Origin: Felis catus
Taxonomy: Eukaryota
Length of the DNA: 64,000 nucleotides
Assembly (NCBI RefSeq): GCF_018350175.1
Contig: NC_058368.1
Location: 34,474,001 to 34,538,000 of the forward strand
Direction: 5' to 3'
Positions 26,481 through 39,138 of the stretch are shown here, piece by piece (position 1 is the first letter of the stretch; each line of letters starts with the position of its first letter). The notes beneath the pieces are model-generated. The model was not told where the DNA came from. It saw nothing but the letters and a program-made list of their open reading frames with translations, and made no database searches. The position numbers were made by a program, and so were the translations under genes.

Positions 26481-26998
26481 TATTCCCATATTGCTACAAT
26501 ATAGTTCATGATACAACCCTAATTCTATGAGATAATAAGTATTAATAACAAATATCTAATAACTTTTAGAAACCCTGGTAGAAATATATTGAAAAAAGTT
26601 CTTATCAGTTCTTATCAAAAATGCTTCAAGCAGTGTTAGATACAATGGAGCATTGATCATGAAACACACATTGGACAAAGTATCTGATGGAACCAGCATT
26701 CCACCAAATATGTTGCAGGAAAACACTTGTCTATGACAATTTCACAACATATATTTATAGTCTGAATTGTCCTTTTGTTTTTCCCACATAGGCATTTAAA
26801 TTTTGTAGCTCTTGTTTGCATTGATTTCTAGGATTTTGAAGTTACTGTTGCTGTGTACCATATTCCTGGCACCATATAACTGTTCTACTTTTACTTCCCT
26901 CTACGTTTTATTTGCTCCATATTTCCAATGTTTTTGTTTGTTTGTTTGTTTTGTTTTGTTTTTTAGCTAGGTACATTTCTTAAATTACTGTAAGCATC

Positions 26999-27496
26999 TG
27001 TGTTAATTTCCTATTGCTTCTATAATTCATTAGCACAAACTTGGTGGCTTCAAACAACACAAATTTATTATCTTACCGTTCCAGAGGTCAGCAGCCTGAA
27101 AAGGGTCTCACTGGACTAATCACAAGGTGCCAGCCATGTAGCATTCCTTTCTGAAGGCTCTGGCAGCTTCAAAAGGCTGCCCCTACCCTCATTCCCAGGC
27201 AAGCTTTCGTCCCTTCCATTTTCAGAACCAGCAATGGCCAGCAATAGCCCTTCTCACTCTGATTCTGACTCTCCTGCCCCCCTCATTCACTTTATAAGTA
27301 CACCTGTGATTACATTAGATCTATTGGATAATCCAATTCTACATACTCCCCATTTCAAGGTCAACTGATTACCGACCTTAATTCCACATGCAGTTTAAGT
27401 GCCCTTTCCTCATAACACAACATATTCAGATCCTGGGGTTAAGAATGTGGACATCTTGGGGCAGGGGGCGGGGGTGGCATTTATCTGCCTACAACA
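26999..27496. mobile_element. MLT1-type MaLR solo LTR
   Basis: tgtgttaatttcctattgcttctataa...cacaaacttggtggcttcaaacaacacaaatttattatcttaccgttccagaggtcag; ends tctgcctacaaca; about 500 bp, TG...CA. Confidence 0.88.
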
Positions 27497-27698
27497 GATA
27501 TCGTAAACTGTTTTGGACTAAGGTATGACATAAAAATGTACAAAACAAGAAAAGTAACTGCAATGTCTTTGGGGCACATAATTAATCTTGTTTATAGATT
27601 ATAAGTGAATAAGCAGGATATCCTAACTTATTCTGTGTTCCTCAGTGCCTGAAAGAGATTCTACATACAGTTGATATTCAGTAAAAACATGTTAAATA

Positions 27699-27922
27699 GG
27701 GGGCCTGGGTGACTCAGTTGGTTGAACATCTGACTGTGGCTCAGGTCATGATCTCAGGTTCGTGAGTGTGAACCCCACATTGGGCTGGCCGCTGGCATTG
27801 CAGAGCCTGCTTGGGATCCTTTGCCCACCTCTCTCTCTCTGCCCTTCCCCCACTTGCACTCTCTCTCAAAATAAATAAATAAATAAAGCTTTAAAAACAA
27901 ATAAATAAATAAGCACTAAAAA
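27699..27922 (+). mobile_element. Can-SINE (older subfamily)
   Basis: Head gggggcctgggtgactcagt; (TAAA)n tail; TSD core tgttaaata. Confidence 0.92.
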
Positions 27923-28036
27923 AACCCTTGTTAAATAAATCCAAACCTACATTATTATATCTCCATGATTCCACAGGTGCATACTCACAAACTACATTAC
28001 ATATTATCAACTCCAGTCATTTAAAATGCTTCAACA

Positions 28037-28243
28037 GGGGCGCCTGGGTGGCTTAGTCAGTTAAGCATTCGACTACTGCTCAAGTCATGATCTCACCGTT
28101 CATGAGTTCAAGCCCCATGTCAGGCTCTGTGCTGACAGCTCAGAGCCTGGAGCTTGCTTCGGGTTCTGTATCTCTCTCTGTTTCTGGCCCTCCCTTGCTC
28201 ACACTGTGTGTCTGTCTCTCAAAAATAAATAAACATTAACAAA

Positions 28244-28282
<39 letters not shown>
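28037..28282 (+). mobile_element. Can-SINE with expanded (AAAT)n tail
   Basis: Head ggggcgcctgggtggc; TSD taaaatgcttcaaca at 28022-28036 and 28283-28297. Confidence 0.96.
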
Positions 28283-28283
<1 letters not shown>

Positions 28284-28863
28284 AAAATGCTTCAACAATA
28301 TGCCATATAATATTCTTCTATGTTTAAGACTTTTTTTTCTTTTTATGTTTAATATAATTTTCAGAGCCACTCAGGGTAAACACTTTATGTGGTGTTAATC
28401 TGTTCTAACAATCATCATTTAAAGATTCATACCTATACAAAAACCACAACCCTAGAATCTCTGCGCAAACAAGAGAGCTAAGACAGCTGTTCAAGGAAAA
28501 ATAATTCTCCAGGAAGAATGCGTAAAACATAAACTTAACATTAGTGTGTTGCATATAATAAAAGTGCTAATTTTATTTAGTATTTGGAATTTATGTCAAT
28601 GATTTAAAAAATTGTTTTAATTAAAATAGCAGGATTAGAATACCTTGGATCTTTTCTGTTGCTTTCCAACTCAGTACCAATCTGAGTAAAGCACAATAAA
28701 CTTATCCCATGACTCAGGATACACATTAGCTGCTGTTATTTGGAAAAAATATAAGATAAACAATACAAATAAATGAGTGAAGTCCTATATCCTCTTTGTA
28801 ATTGGCTGTAAAACTCTGTAACAGGAATTCAGAAGGGGAGAATGTGAAATAATCACTCTAAAG

Positions 28864-28991
28864 CAATTGTTCTCAAAGATGGCTGCATTAGAATCTCTGA
28901 GGATATTTAAAAATCACAATGTCCAGGTCATACCTCAGACCAGTGAAATCAGAGTCAGATTCTGATGCGTGGGCATGGTTGAGAATTATTG
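28864..28991. mobile_element. MER5A-like hAT-Charlie MITE (internally deleted)
   Basis: Inverted termini caattgttctcaa...ttgagaattattg; internal gctgcattagaatc and cctcagaccagtgaaatcaga. Confidence 0.75.
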
Positions 28992-29424
28992 ATTTGGAAA
29001 CAATGATCTTACCTCTGGGGTTGATGTACAGTAGTTTCCCAGCAGCAAACAACCATCTGTGAAATTTGTAGACAGATCTTCATCTACTAATTTATTCCCT
29101 ATATTCACCTAAGCAGAATTTCTAGAAGTTTAAAATCTTAAACTTGTCAACATCCCCATGGGTAACAGAGATTCACTTATTCAACATTCATCCGTTATTG
29201 TTTGAGTCTCCTCATATTTATTCTGGAATCATGCCTGAGGTTTCGTGCTAAAAAATTTACAATTGATTTCACATGATCTTACAATTTAGCAAGCCAGTGA
29301 GAAGCTCTTAATTTATCCATAAGTGTAAAGTTACACTATGAGTGTAAAGCTACACTAAAAAGATAAATTTCAAAATCTAAGGAAGAGAAGGAGTGCACGC
29401 TTTTAACCACAGGTATTGACATTT

Positions 29425-29645
29425 ACAATAACTAACATTTGTTGAGAACTCACTATACACATTAAACCAATTCTATGAGGTAGGAACTATTACTATTTTT
29501 TTTCATTTTATTTATTTTAGTGAATGAGCACACTGAAGTAAAGAATATGGGAGATTTGGCGTAGGCCACAAAGCTTCTAGTTCTGAAAATTGGGATTACG
29601 AACCGAGTCAAACTGGATACAGGTCCTGTGCTTTTACCCACTATG
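29425..29645 (-). mobile_element. MIR SINE remnant
   Basis: ataactaacatttgttgagaactcactat...ctatgaggtaggaactattactat...tgtgcttttacccactatg. Confidence 0.75.
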
Positions 29646-30246
29646 TTGTAGCAAAACAGAATATGACAACATAAGCAAGCTTTTCTGAGCAGTAATGGAG
29701 ATCCTCTGGGGGAGTAGTTTGTCTAGATGCTGTTCTCTTTCTGCTAAAGACTAAAAAGGCAGCCTTTCAGCAGACCAGCAGAGAAATACAGTATTCCCCA
29801 AACATTAAGAGGCAGCTGCAGGAAGCATTTTGTAAACATATGGTATTTGTATAATTAATGTTTAAGGGGAGAATTAAATTGCAGTTACAGAATTACAGTT
29901 AGGAAACCTGAATTCTCCAGAGCTGAATTCAGAATACCTCTTTTTCTCTCCAAACCCATGTATTCCTGTTTTCTCTGGCTCAGTGCATGACAACTAGAAA
30001 ACTGGCTATCGCCTTCATCTTCTCAGAAATATCCTCCACAAGTCCTTTGTTTTCATCCAGGGTCCCCCCCATCCCATACTTTAGATATCTCTCACCATTT
30101 CCATTGCCACCGCTCAGGTTTGGAACCACACTGGTCCCCTTCCACATACAACACTGAGGTAGTAGCCACCTAATTATCCTCTCGGTCTATGCCATCCTCC
30201 ATCATCCTGACAGATGTCCTGCCTAAAACAAAATATAAGCTCATCA

Positions 30247-30425
30247 GGTGCCTGGGAGGCTCAGTCGATTGAGTGTCTTGATTTTGGCTCAGGTCTTGAT
30301 CCCAGCCAAGGTCATGGGATCGAGCCCCACGTCGTCGGGCTCCACACTATGCATGGAGACTACCTAAGGCGCGCGCGCTCTCTCTCTCCCTCTCTCCCTC
30401 CCCTTCTCTCTCTCTCTCCCCCCTC

Positions 30426-30472
<47 letters not shown>

Positions 30473-30474
30473 AT
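30247..30474 (+). mobile_element. Can-SINE (older subfamily) with (TAAA)n tail
   Basis: ggtgcctgggaggctcagtcgattgagtgtc...gggatcgagccccac; CT tract; long TAAA tail. Confidence 0.92.
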
Positions 30475-30635
30475 ACATGTCTCCCCCTCCCCCCCTTAAA
30501 GTACTTCAATAAATTTTAGGCTAAACTACTACAGGGTAATCTTCAAGATAATATCAAGTCTAATCTCCTTGACTAGTGTTCTAAAGTTTTTATAATCTAG
30601 CCCTGGCTACTTGCTTAGTCTCATTTCTCATTTTA

Positions 30636-30864
30636 TTTTATTTTATTTTTTTAATTTTTTTTTCAACATTTATTTATTTTTGGGACAGAGAGACAGAGCA
30701 TGAACGGGGGAGGGGCAGAGAGAGAGGGAGACACAGAATCGGAAACAGGCTCCAGGCTCTGAGCCATCAGCCCAGAGCCCGACGTGGGGCTCGAACTCAC
30801 GGACTGCGAGATTATGACCTGGCTGAAGTCGGACGTTTAACCGACTGCGCCACCCAGGCGCCCC
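30636..30864 (-). mobile_element. Young felid Can-SINE (SINEC_Fc)
   Basis: Young-subfamily diagnostics; TSD tcatttctcatttta at 30621-30635 and 30865-30879. Confidence 0.97.
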
Positions 30865-33800
30865 TCATTTCTCATTTTAACTCTAGTGCTTAACTGAAAT
30901 ACCTGCACATCTCTGCCTCTGAGCATTTAGCAGGGAATATTAGGACCTTTTATTCTCCTCGATACATCCTTTTTTTTTTCTTTTTTGAAAATTCACCCAA
31001 GTATTACCTCTTGTAGGAATTTCTTACTTCAATCTCCAGCTACAACATATAACATTTTTCCTATGTGACAGCAAATTCTAAAAGTCAACAGCTTTAAATG
31101 GCAACATTCAGAGAATGTCTCGTTAGAATTAGTTAACAAAGAGCTGAATGGTGCCAGTACTTTTATCATAAGTTTGGGGAGGTTTTAAAACCTCAGTGAG
31201 GAAATTTCTATGTGAATTCTATCAAACATCCTTTTCTCCATATTTGTTACTTGTTCTCCTTAAATGTCTGTGAATAAAGTAGATATGAAGAAGCAATTAC
31301 CCCCTCACTTCAATGGTGCTTTATTCAAGCTCACCATGTCGCTTTAATACAATTTTTAGAATACGGTAATGCAATTACCTCTTCATGTAGTAGTAGGATG
31401 GATAAACCAGATGTGGGCCCAGTTATTGACTAGATCTTTTATAATTTTACCTGTTACTTTTTAGAAGGTAAGAAGAGCGAAGTAAGAAAAACATTTGGAA
31501 AGGTGATGTAGAGATGACATAGTTATAATACACAGCCTGATAAATGATCCAGAAGCAGTGATATTTCTAATATATTAATACGAGCATATATCCATGTTAC
31601 TGTATAAACTAGAAGCCCGAGCATGCAGTTATGGTGTTTACCATTGCTCTTCAATAAAATTTACAATAAAATTAATTTATACTATTTACTGCATCATTTT
31701 ACTGCATTGTCATGTCTCATACGAGTAAACAGTTTGCAAAAAAAAAAAACTGATTTACAATGTCAAACTGACTTTTTGTTTTTTTCTCTCTTCTCATTTA
31801 CACCTCTAACATGAAGAATATACATCACTATTGGAAAAGAAGTTTTTACCATCACTGCATACAGTAAATGACAGAAACTTTGAATTAATAGACTGCTCTG
31901 TTTCTCTTGGCCAGGATGTAGTACATCCTAATAAGGACATTTCCTAATTCTGTGCTGTGAATCTGACTCTACTAACTCCCTCATTCCTCTCTCCCTCCAT
32001 TTAGCTCCTGTAAAAGCAAGAGACTCATTGCTCCTTTTCATTCCTACTTTGATCAGGTAGATTATTGTTATTGAAATTAACATAAAACTTAAAACTATCT
32101 GCAATTACTATATGTTATTACCATGTGAGAGGGCCCCTGGGATATGGTGACAGGACTCAGCAGAGTGTACAGGTAAGTGGAGGGAGATGAAAATGGGCTT
32201 CTATTGTACTTCACAGATTGCTTCCAAGGAGTGTTACCAGTTTGCCTAAATCTCCAGAACCCAGACTGGTGTTGATATTCAAGGCCATAACAGCTGGCAG
32301 ATAGGATACTATAGCAAGAATTTGAAGGTTATGTCAACAATTATTTGAGTATCACTGCAATGGTTCTAGCTGATCCTTCCGTTTTAGAGCATGACTGATG
32401 CCAATGCCTGTGATATAATATGGAAGTTCTATGTCCCAGGCAAAAATCCCAACAATGGACCTGAAATATATTCTGAAAGCAAGAGAGTATTTTAATTACT
32501 TGAGTTAGCCAACATGAGGGACTGTAGAATAGCCTGCCCCATAGTTCATACATAAGTATCAGAGGGCTGAGCTATCTTCACATGGTTACATTTATCCATA
32601 TGTACAAGCTCTAAGAGCCTATAAACATGCAGGTTTAGGTCAGCATATTAATAGAGAAAGATAGAAAGTGAAAGGAAAAGAAACAGAATAGAGAAAAATG
32701 GAAAATTAGATGGGCAAAAAAGCAGGAATGGCAGGGTAAAACAGAGTCATGTTAAAAGATTTTCAACATTTTCAACATATGAAAAGGGTAGAAGGATGGA
32801 TAAATGTGATATATGACATTCCAAAGACAATCTTCATATTCTTCATTATTTTTATTTTTTATCAAAGAGTAGATTTTGCTTTTATTCGTGCAAAGGAAAA
32901 AAGAAAGTATGAGCAAAGCCAGCTCCTGTTCTGACCATGCTTTTGTGAGACTGATGGCTTTGGAAGAGCTGTGGAATAGAGGGACTAGTGGCATCAGTTG
33001 GAAGAAGCAAAAGGAATTGTCAAGACAGTGACAGTGAAAAGCAATAAAGTAGTGCTGAAATATGACCAACAAGCTTCATTCATTCACCCTATTGTACAGA
33101 GTAAGGGCAAAGGAATGGTCACTTCCTTCAAGGAGTCATTGTCAGAGAAAGACATGAAAGAAATAATTTCAAAAGCGATCAGTTGCATTTTATAAGTCTC
33201 CAGTGGCAAAGTACATATAACAAGGGCACAGAACTGCTCAGGGGATCAGGGAAGTACAATGTTATTCAGGTTCTGAACGAAAGGCTGAATCTTCAATATG
33301 GCAGCACTCTAAGAACAGGGATGCGTGGTTGAAAACAAAAGTCTAAAAATATAATATTTGACAACCAAGATTAAGTGGGAGAAGCAGCGCTGGAGGCAAA
33401 GAGGAGGGGATTTTTCTAACTCTTAGAGTTCACCAGAGAATAAACAGCTTGATTCCTCCTTCAAAACATATGAACCATATTCTTACGGTCTTGAAATAAT
33501 TGAAATTCATAAAAGTACGTAAATTACAATTATGGCATAATCAAATAGGTTTAACTTCAGAAATGAGGTGAATCACTGGGCAACTGCAATAAGCTAGCAA
33601 TTTTGAGACCAGCAGTTTCTCATAAAGGTGTAACTCTCATTTGGATAACAGAACAGAGGCAGAATGGAGACACTGTGCCTCTCTTTGAGTAATTGCTTTT
33701 GTTTCTAACGGAGGAGAACTGCATCCTGTTACGCTGAAGTAGCATTACAATATGTGGCAGCCTCTAACTAAATCAGAGAAGAATAGTTAGAGGATATACA

Positions 33801-34834
33801 ACTATTTGATATATTGACTTCTGGAACACTATTGTACCTGAGGAAGCCAATAAATAATATTTTGAAAGGTAAGGATACATATAATTAACTTAACTGAAAA
33901 GATAAAATAACCAGTTCACGTAGTGCTATACCTAAACTTTCAAGCTTGCTTCTATAAATATGAAGCAGAGTCTAGTTGTTTATGCAGGTGTCAAAGTTTC
34001 CTGAAGGATAGGTTTTAGTTATTAATAAATCATAACAGAGGAGAGGGATATAATGTAATATCTAGGCTAAGAAATTATATAGCCAAAGAAAGAACTCTTA
34101 CCTGCCTTGAAAAGGAAATAGCTCTGGAGAGCCATATATGGCCAAAGGAATTCACAACTTTCCTTACTCAGCACATAATTTCAGCATTTAACCTTGTATT
34201 GCTTGATCTATTCTGGTTGTGTGTGTCTTTTATTTATATCATACCATGAGTTTAGCACGTGTAAGAACTTTATCTTTTCTACTTCGATGTCTAGAACTCA
34301 CAGTACTTAGTGTCTAGCAGGTGCTCGAGCAATATTATTAATACGTATACCATACTGATGTGTATTTGATCTTACAGGCTTCAGGCAAACCGTAACAATC
34401 TGTTTTTGTTTTGTTTTCTGTTTTCCTTGCTTCTCAGATTTTTTTCCAATTACCTTCAAGGTTATTAGCTGATTTTCTATATCGCATGAAGTCTAGGGTT
34501 GACACTACATGCATGTTTAAATAGTTTATATGCAAATACTTGTGTATAAATCTCGGGCCAACATGCTGTCATTGGTGAAGTCAATAAACTATGACCTCAA
34601 GAAGTGTAAAATCCAAAAGGGACACCTATATAGTTACCTTATGACAATCAAAAACTGGTAGATTTTGAAAGATGTACATGTGAAATGCCAGGAAGTTATT
34701 CCAGGTAATAGCATGTCAACACACAAAAATGAATTAAAGAATCAAGCGTAGTTTGTGAACAGTGGATTCAGCTTGTGTATACATATAGTCAGTAGACATG
34801 TCCAGGGAGGCAGATGGTTCTTATGTTTTTTGAA

Positions 34835-35120
34835 AGATCATGGCTAGCTGTCCCTTCACTTCTTCAAGTGAAAACAGAAATTTCCCCTTCAGTTGAGGCT
34901 TCCCTGGTCACCGACTTAAAATTTCAAATTTCCTTACACCCTTTACATTTTATATTTCCCTTCCTGCTTTAATTTCTTAATGCTTATTACAAGGTAATCT
35001 ACCATATTCTACTTATCATGTTCACTGTCTTTCTATCCCACTCATAAGGGTGTTAATGCTTTATATTTTGTTAAGCAAATTCAAAGGCTTTGAATAAATA
35101 TTTATTGAATGAATGAATGG
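34835..35120 (+). mobile_element. L2 LINE 3' remnant
   Basis: cccttcacttcttcaagt...cttcagttgaggcttccctggtcacc... ending aataaatatttattgaatgaatgaatg, the typical L2 3' terminus. Confidence 0.7.
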
Positions 35121-37329
35121 ACAGAGATGGGTATAAAAATGAACAGCTGAGTCATCTAGCTGTCTCTTTCCTCTGATAGATGAATTGACAGGCAATCTAA
35201 ACAAGTCTTTGTCCTTCAAAAATTGTATCAGAAATCTCTCTTGAATATGATACCAGCGTTGTGTGGTCAGCCAGCTCACTTCGAGACGTTTCAATCTAGT
35301 TAGGGGTCCTTGCCTCTTCTTATAAAACAAGTGTTTCAATCATCTTTAATTCCCAAGTAGATCTTCCTCATTCTCTACAGCTTTGCCACACTCAGGCTTA
35401 TTCTCAGACCCAGTCTTATTTCTTAGAATTCCAAATAAAGTAGAGCCATGAAATCCCTTTGTGCCTGCTTTTCTGGGTAGCCTCTTAATCAAGAAGCAGT
35501 GAAGGGTTGTTCATCTTTTAAATAACTCTTATGAACGCTATGCACATTACTACCATTTATTTTTACATTTCTGTGGATCTGGCATGTTTCTGTATTCATT
35601 CATAGCAGTTAAATTTAAGATGTTCACACTTACTTTTGTTGAGTAAAGAAAACAAAGAAACATGTTTGGATGCAAAGGAGCAAAATGAACTGTGCCTGTA
35701 ATTCCAGAGATCAATTACTTATGTTAATCACAGTCTCTAACTTTGGTATAATCTTTGATAAATTGTTAGGCCATCCTTTATTAAAACATACTCAAGGTTG
35801 TATGGTAAAGTTTTTTTTTAAATTATGAGAGAATGAAATTCTTGGTGGTAACACTGAAACAGGTATTTTGATTGCTTGTTTGCTCCAGTAAGAGTCAGGA
35901 TGGGTTAGTAACTCTAATTATTAGAAGTTAATTTTCTAGTACAAGAGATGGAAAGCACAGTCCATTTTAGGAAGATGAGCATTAATATTATCAGTTGTAT
36001 TGTTTGGGAAAAAAACATTGAGAAAAAGATCACATTTGTTGAAGATCATGAGGTTTGTTTACTGTTATGGGTGTTTGCTTCATTTGCCTAGATAGCTAGC
36101 TAGCTAAGACTTGTCTCTAGTCAGTCAGAATTGTATGGAGTGCTCTTTTCAGTCTTTTATCTTCTGCAATATCTTTTTATTTTTTTTTCTTCTTTTTTTG
36201 TTGTTCTATAAAAGCCAGCATCTCTTTAGGGACATAGTTTATCCCAAGCAAGTTTATATTCAATTTATAATTAATGAATGCATTTTCAAATTTCAGCTGT
36301 TATACAGCAAATAACTTTCACAACTCTGGTGGATTCAATGTCGTGTTACTTCCTTTTTCCAAAAGTATTCCGTTGTCATTCGTTGAATGTGTCAAATATT
36401 CAAATTCCTTAAACTGTCATGCAAAATCAACTTAATATAGTTTCTAATTTCACTGCACTCAGAAAATATTTATTATTGACGGCACCACAGGAATTGTTAC
36501 AAATCCTACCCATTTTCTAAAACTAATTGAGATCGTACCTGTTTTAAGAATAACTTACTAAACACCATGACCTGTGTTCTGCCCATGCAAAAAAAGACTA
36601 CAACAATTTTGTTGGTGCTATTTCACACTGTCCTAGGATTTTCTTTTTCTATTTGAAGTATTTATTTATGATATTTATTTAACTATCCACACGTGTCGTA
36701 CAGCTAGCTTCTTGGTCCTCTCAAACTCTTGCCCTGTATGAAAAGCATTCCATGCCTCCGTTTAGCCCTTTGGATCTGTAAGATTACTGGAGCATCGTGT
36801 AACTGCTCTTTAAAACCTTCCTAGCTGAAAAATAATGGGTCCTGGACTAGGAGGGAGTCTGAGCAATACAAAAAGGGGGATTGAAAATTCTGATACCTAA
36901 TTTTAGATAGCTAGACATAGGCAAGTGTGAAAACCTTGGTTCACGTCGGGAGGTGAATTCTGATAAGGAGGGAAAATGGGTGGGGAGGGAAGCTGGAAAC
37001 ATAAAACCCGCATATCCACTTCTGAAATCTGTTGTCATGTTAAAATGGTTTATATATTCCTTTTGCTTTCACATTAAAAATCAGGCCCCAATAAATTATT
37101 TTATCTTTTTTGTTTATTGGATTGTACAATAATATCTCTGAGCAGATCAGGGTGGCCAGAATTTAGGAGTTTCTGCTTCCAGTCATATGTCAGGTAGATT
37201 TATTTATATTCCCATAATTCTTAGAAAGAGCTGTCACTTACAATTCTGTGTAAATTTACCTAATTAATCTCATTAATTAAAAAGTGAAAATATATCGACA
37301 GGGTCAACGTGTTAAAGACTTAAATGTCA

Positions 37330-38235
37330 GACCTATTAATGTATTTAAAAATATTTATTGAGCACCTATTATGTGCCAGACACTCTTCAAAGCACTGGTG
37401 ACACAAAAGAGGGGGAAAAAAAACCAAAAACAAAAAACAACTGATTAGATCCTTGTGCCTGACAGGCTGGTATGCTAATGCAAGAGAGACAGAAAATAAA
37501 ACAAAGACAAACTGAAAAAAAATCACTTACTGATAAATACTCTGTCAATAATTAAAATAGGATGTAGGTATGTCAAGTAATAGGGTGGCTCTTTTAGATT
37601 GGGTAGCCAGAGAAGGTTTTGCTAAAAAGATGACATTTCTGCCAAGATCTAAATAACACAGCCATGTTGGCAAAGATCAGTTGGAAAGGGATCCAGGCAG
37701 TGGGGCCAGCTAATGAGCAAATTCGGCATATGTGAAAAACAGAACGAAAGACAGCCTCGTTGGGGAGGAAAGAGCAGTGTGAAGTGAAACGCTTGAGGAA
37801 GGTGGAAGTGACTCGTGTATGTCTTTGTAAGTCATGAAGGGAAATTGATTTCCATTTTTGCAACTGGGAATGTAAAAAGTGACATGATACGATTGGTTGG
37901 CTGATGTGTGGGGAATGTATACAGTCCTGTATTCAACGAATATTTCTCGACCATCTTTGATGTACCAGACAGTGTCCTAGACTCAAGGGATATATCAGAG
38001 AAGAAAATGTACAATGAGACCTGTCCTCTTTGGAGTTCCTTCATAATGGGGGGAAGAGGCAGTAAAAATATGCAGATAAAGAATTACACAGTATGTCAAG
38101 GGATAACAAGTGCAAGGGAGAAACGAAAAAGCATGGCAAGGAGGAGAGAATAAGGAATGCTATGGGGGAGGAAGGATGAGTTCACATTTTAAATAGGAAG
38201 TCAGGGCAGGAAAGATTAAACTATATTTGAACAAA
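37330..38235 (-). mobile_element. L2 LINE remnants (two 3' ends)
   Basis: aaatatttattgagcacctattatgtgccagacact (about 37350) and attcaacgaatatttctcgaccatctttgatgtaccagacagtgtcctag (about 37930) are antisense L2 3' ends. Confidence 0.75.
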
Positions 38236-38455
38236 GACTTGAGAGTAAAGGGAAGAATTTGAGACTGTCTCAATTTACCCCATTCTTTTGAAAGCTGAGA
38301 ATAATGTCAACTTTAGTGTTAGTGTTTTTCTTGTTTTCACCTTTTATTACCATGCTTATCTCATGCTCATGGTTTGAACATGCTTTTTAACTTCTCTACA
38401 CAATATTCCTACTTTACTTTAACACTGAAAAAATTCTGCATTGAGATGGATTTTA

Positions 38456-38672
38456 GGGGAGCACCGGGGTGGCTCAGTCAGTTGGGCATCTGACTTAGGC
38501 TCAGATCATGATGTCACGGTTCATGAGTTTGAGACCTGTGCTGGGCTCTGTGCTGACAGCTTGGAGCCTGGAACCTGCTTCAGATTCTGTGTCTCCCTCT
38601 CTCTGCCTCTCCCCTACTTGTGCTCTGTCTCTCTCCATCTCTCAAAAATGAATAAACATTAAAAAAAAAAAA
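38456..38672 (+). mobile_element. Can-SINE
   Basis: Head ggggagcaccggggtggctcag; imperfect TSD ga(g/a)atg(g/a)attttag. Confidence 0.93.
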
Positions 38673-38804
38673 GAAATGAATTTTAGGTGATGCTTCAGAC
38701 AATTTTTTTTGGCATTTGTTTAGTTTTCCCATCATCTCTCAATGATATTCTTCAACTCACAGCTACTCAAATGGACATAATTATCAAAATGGCTGGAAAT
38801 AGAG

Positions 38805-38897
38805 TCATGACAGTTAATTTTATGTGTCAGATTGCCTAGATCATGGCACCCTGATATTTGGTCAAACACTATTTTAGCTATTTCTCTGAAGGTATTA
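38805..38897 (+). mobile_element. MLT2-type (ERV-L) LTR 5' fragment
   Basis: gttaattttatgtgtcagattgcctagatcatggcaccctgatatttggtcaaacactatt resembles the recalled MLT2 start. Confidence 0.7.
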
Positions 38898-39065
38898 AAA
38901 AAAAATTAGGATAGTGGCTAAAACAGGCTGAAGAGGATACTGCCACAGAGAGAAGTTGTGGGTTCAGAGACTTCCTGAGAGGAGTCATACAGGTTGGAGG
39001 AAAGGTGAGAGACTAAGATCTCTCACACAGAAACAGGATCAGAAGAAAACAAAATAAAAAAAATG

Positions 39066-39138
39066 GTATACACCTGAAACTAACATCACACCGTATGTTA
39101 ACTATACTGGAATGAAAATTAACAACTTCATTTAAAAA
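39066..39138 (+). mobile_element. Very short L1 3' terminus (carnivore-type)
   Basis: gtatacacctgaaactaacatcacaccgtatgttaactatactggaatgaaaatt. Confidence 0.7.

Noticed and set aside
32160..32180. Perfect plus-strand donor CAG|GTAAGT (another at about 57585)
   Set aside because: No convincing paired acceptor or open frame; isolated consensus donors are expected by chance.
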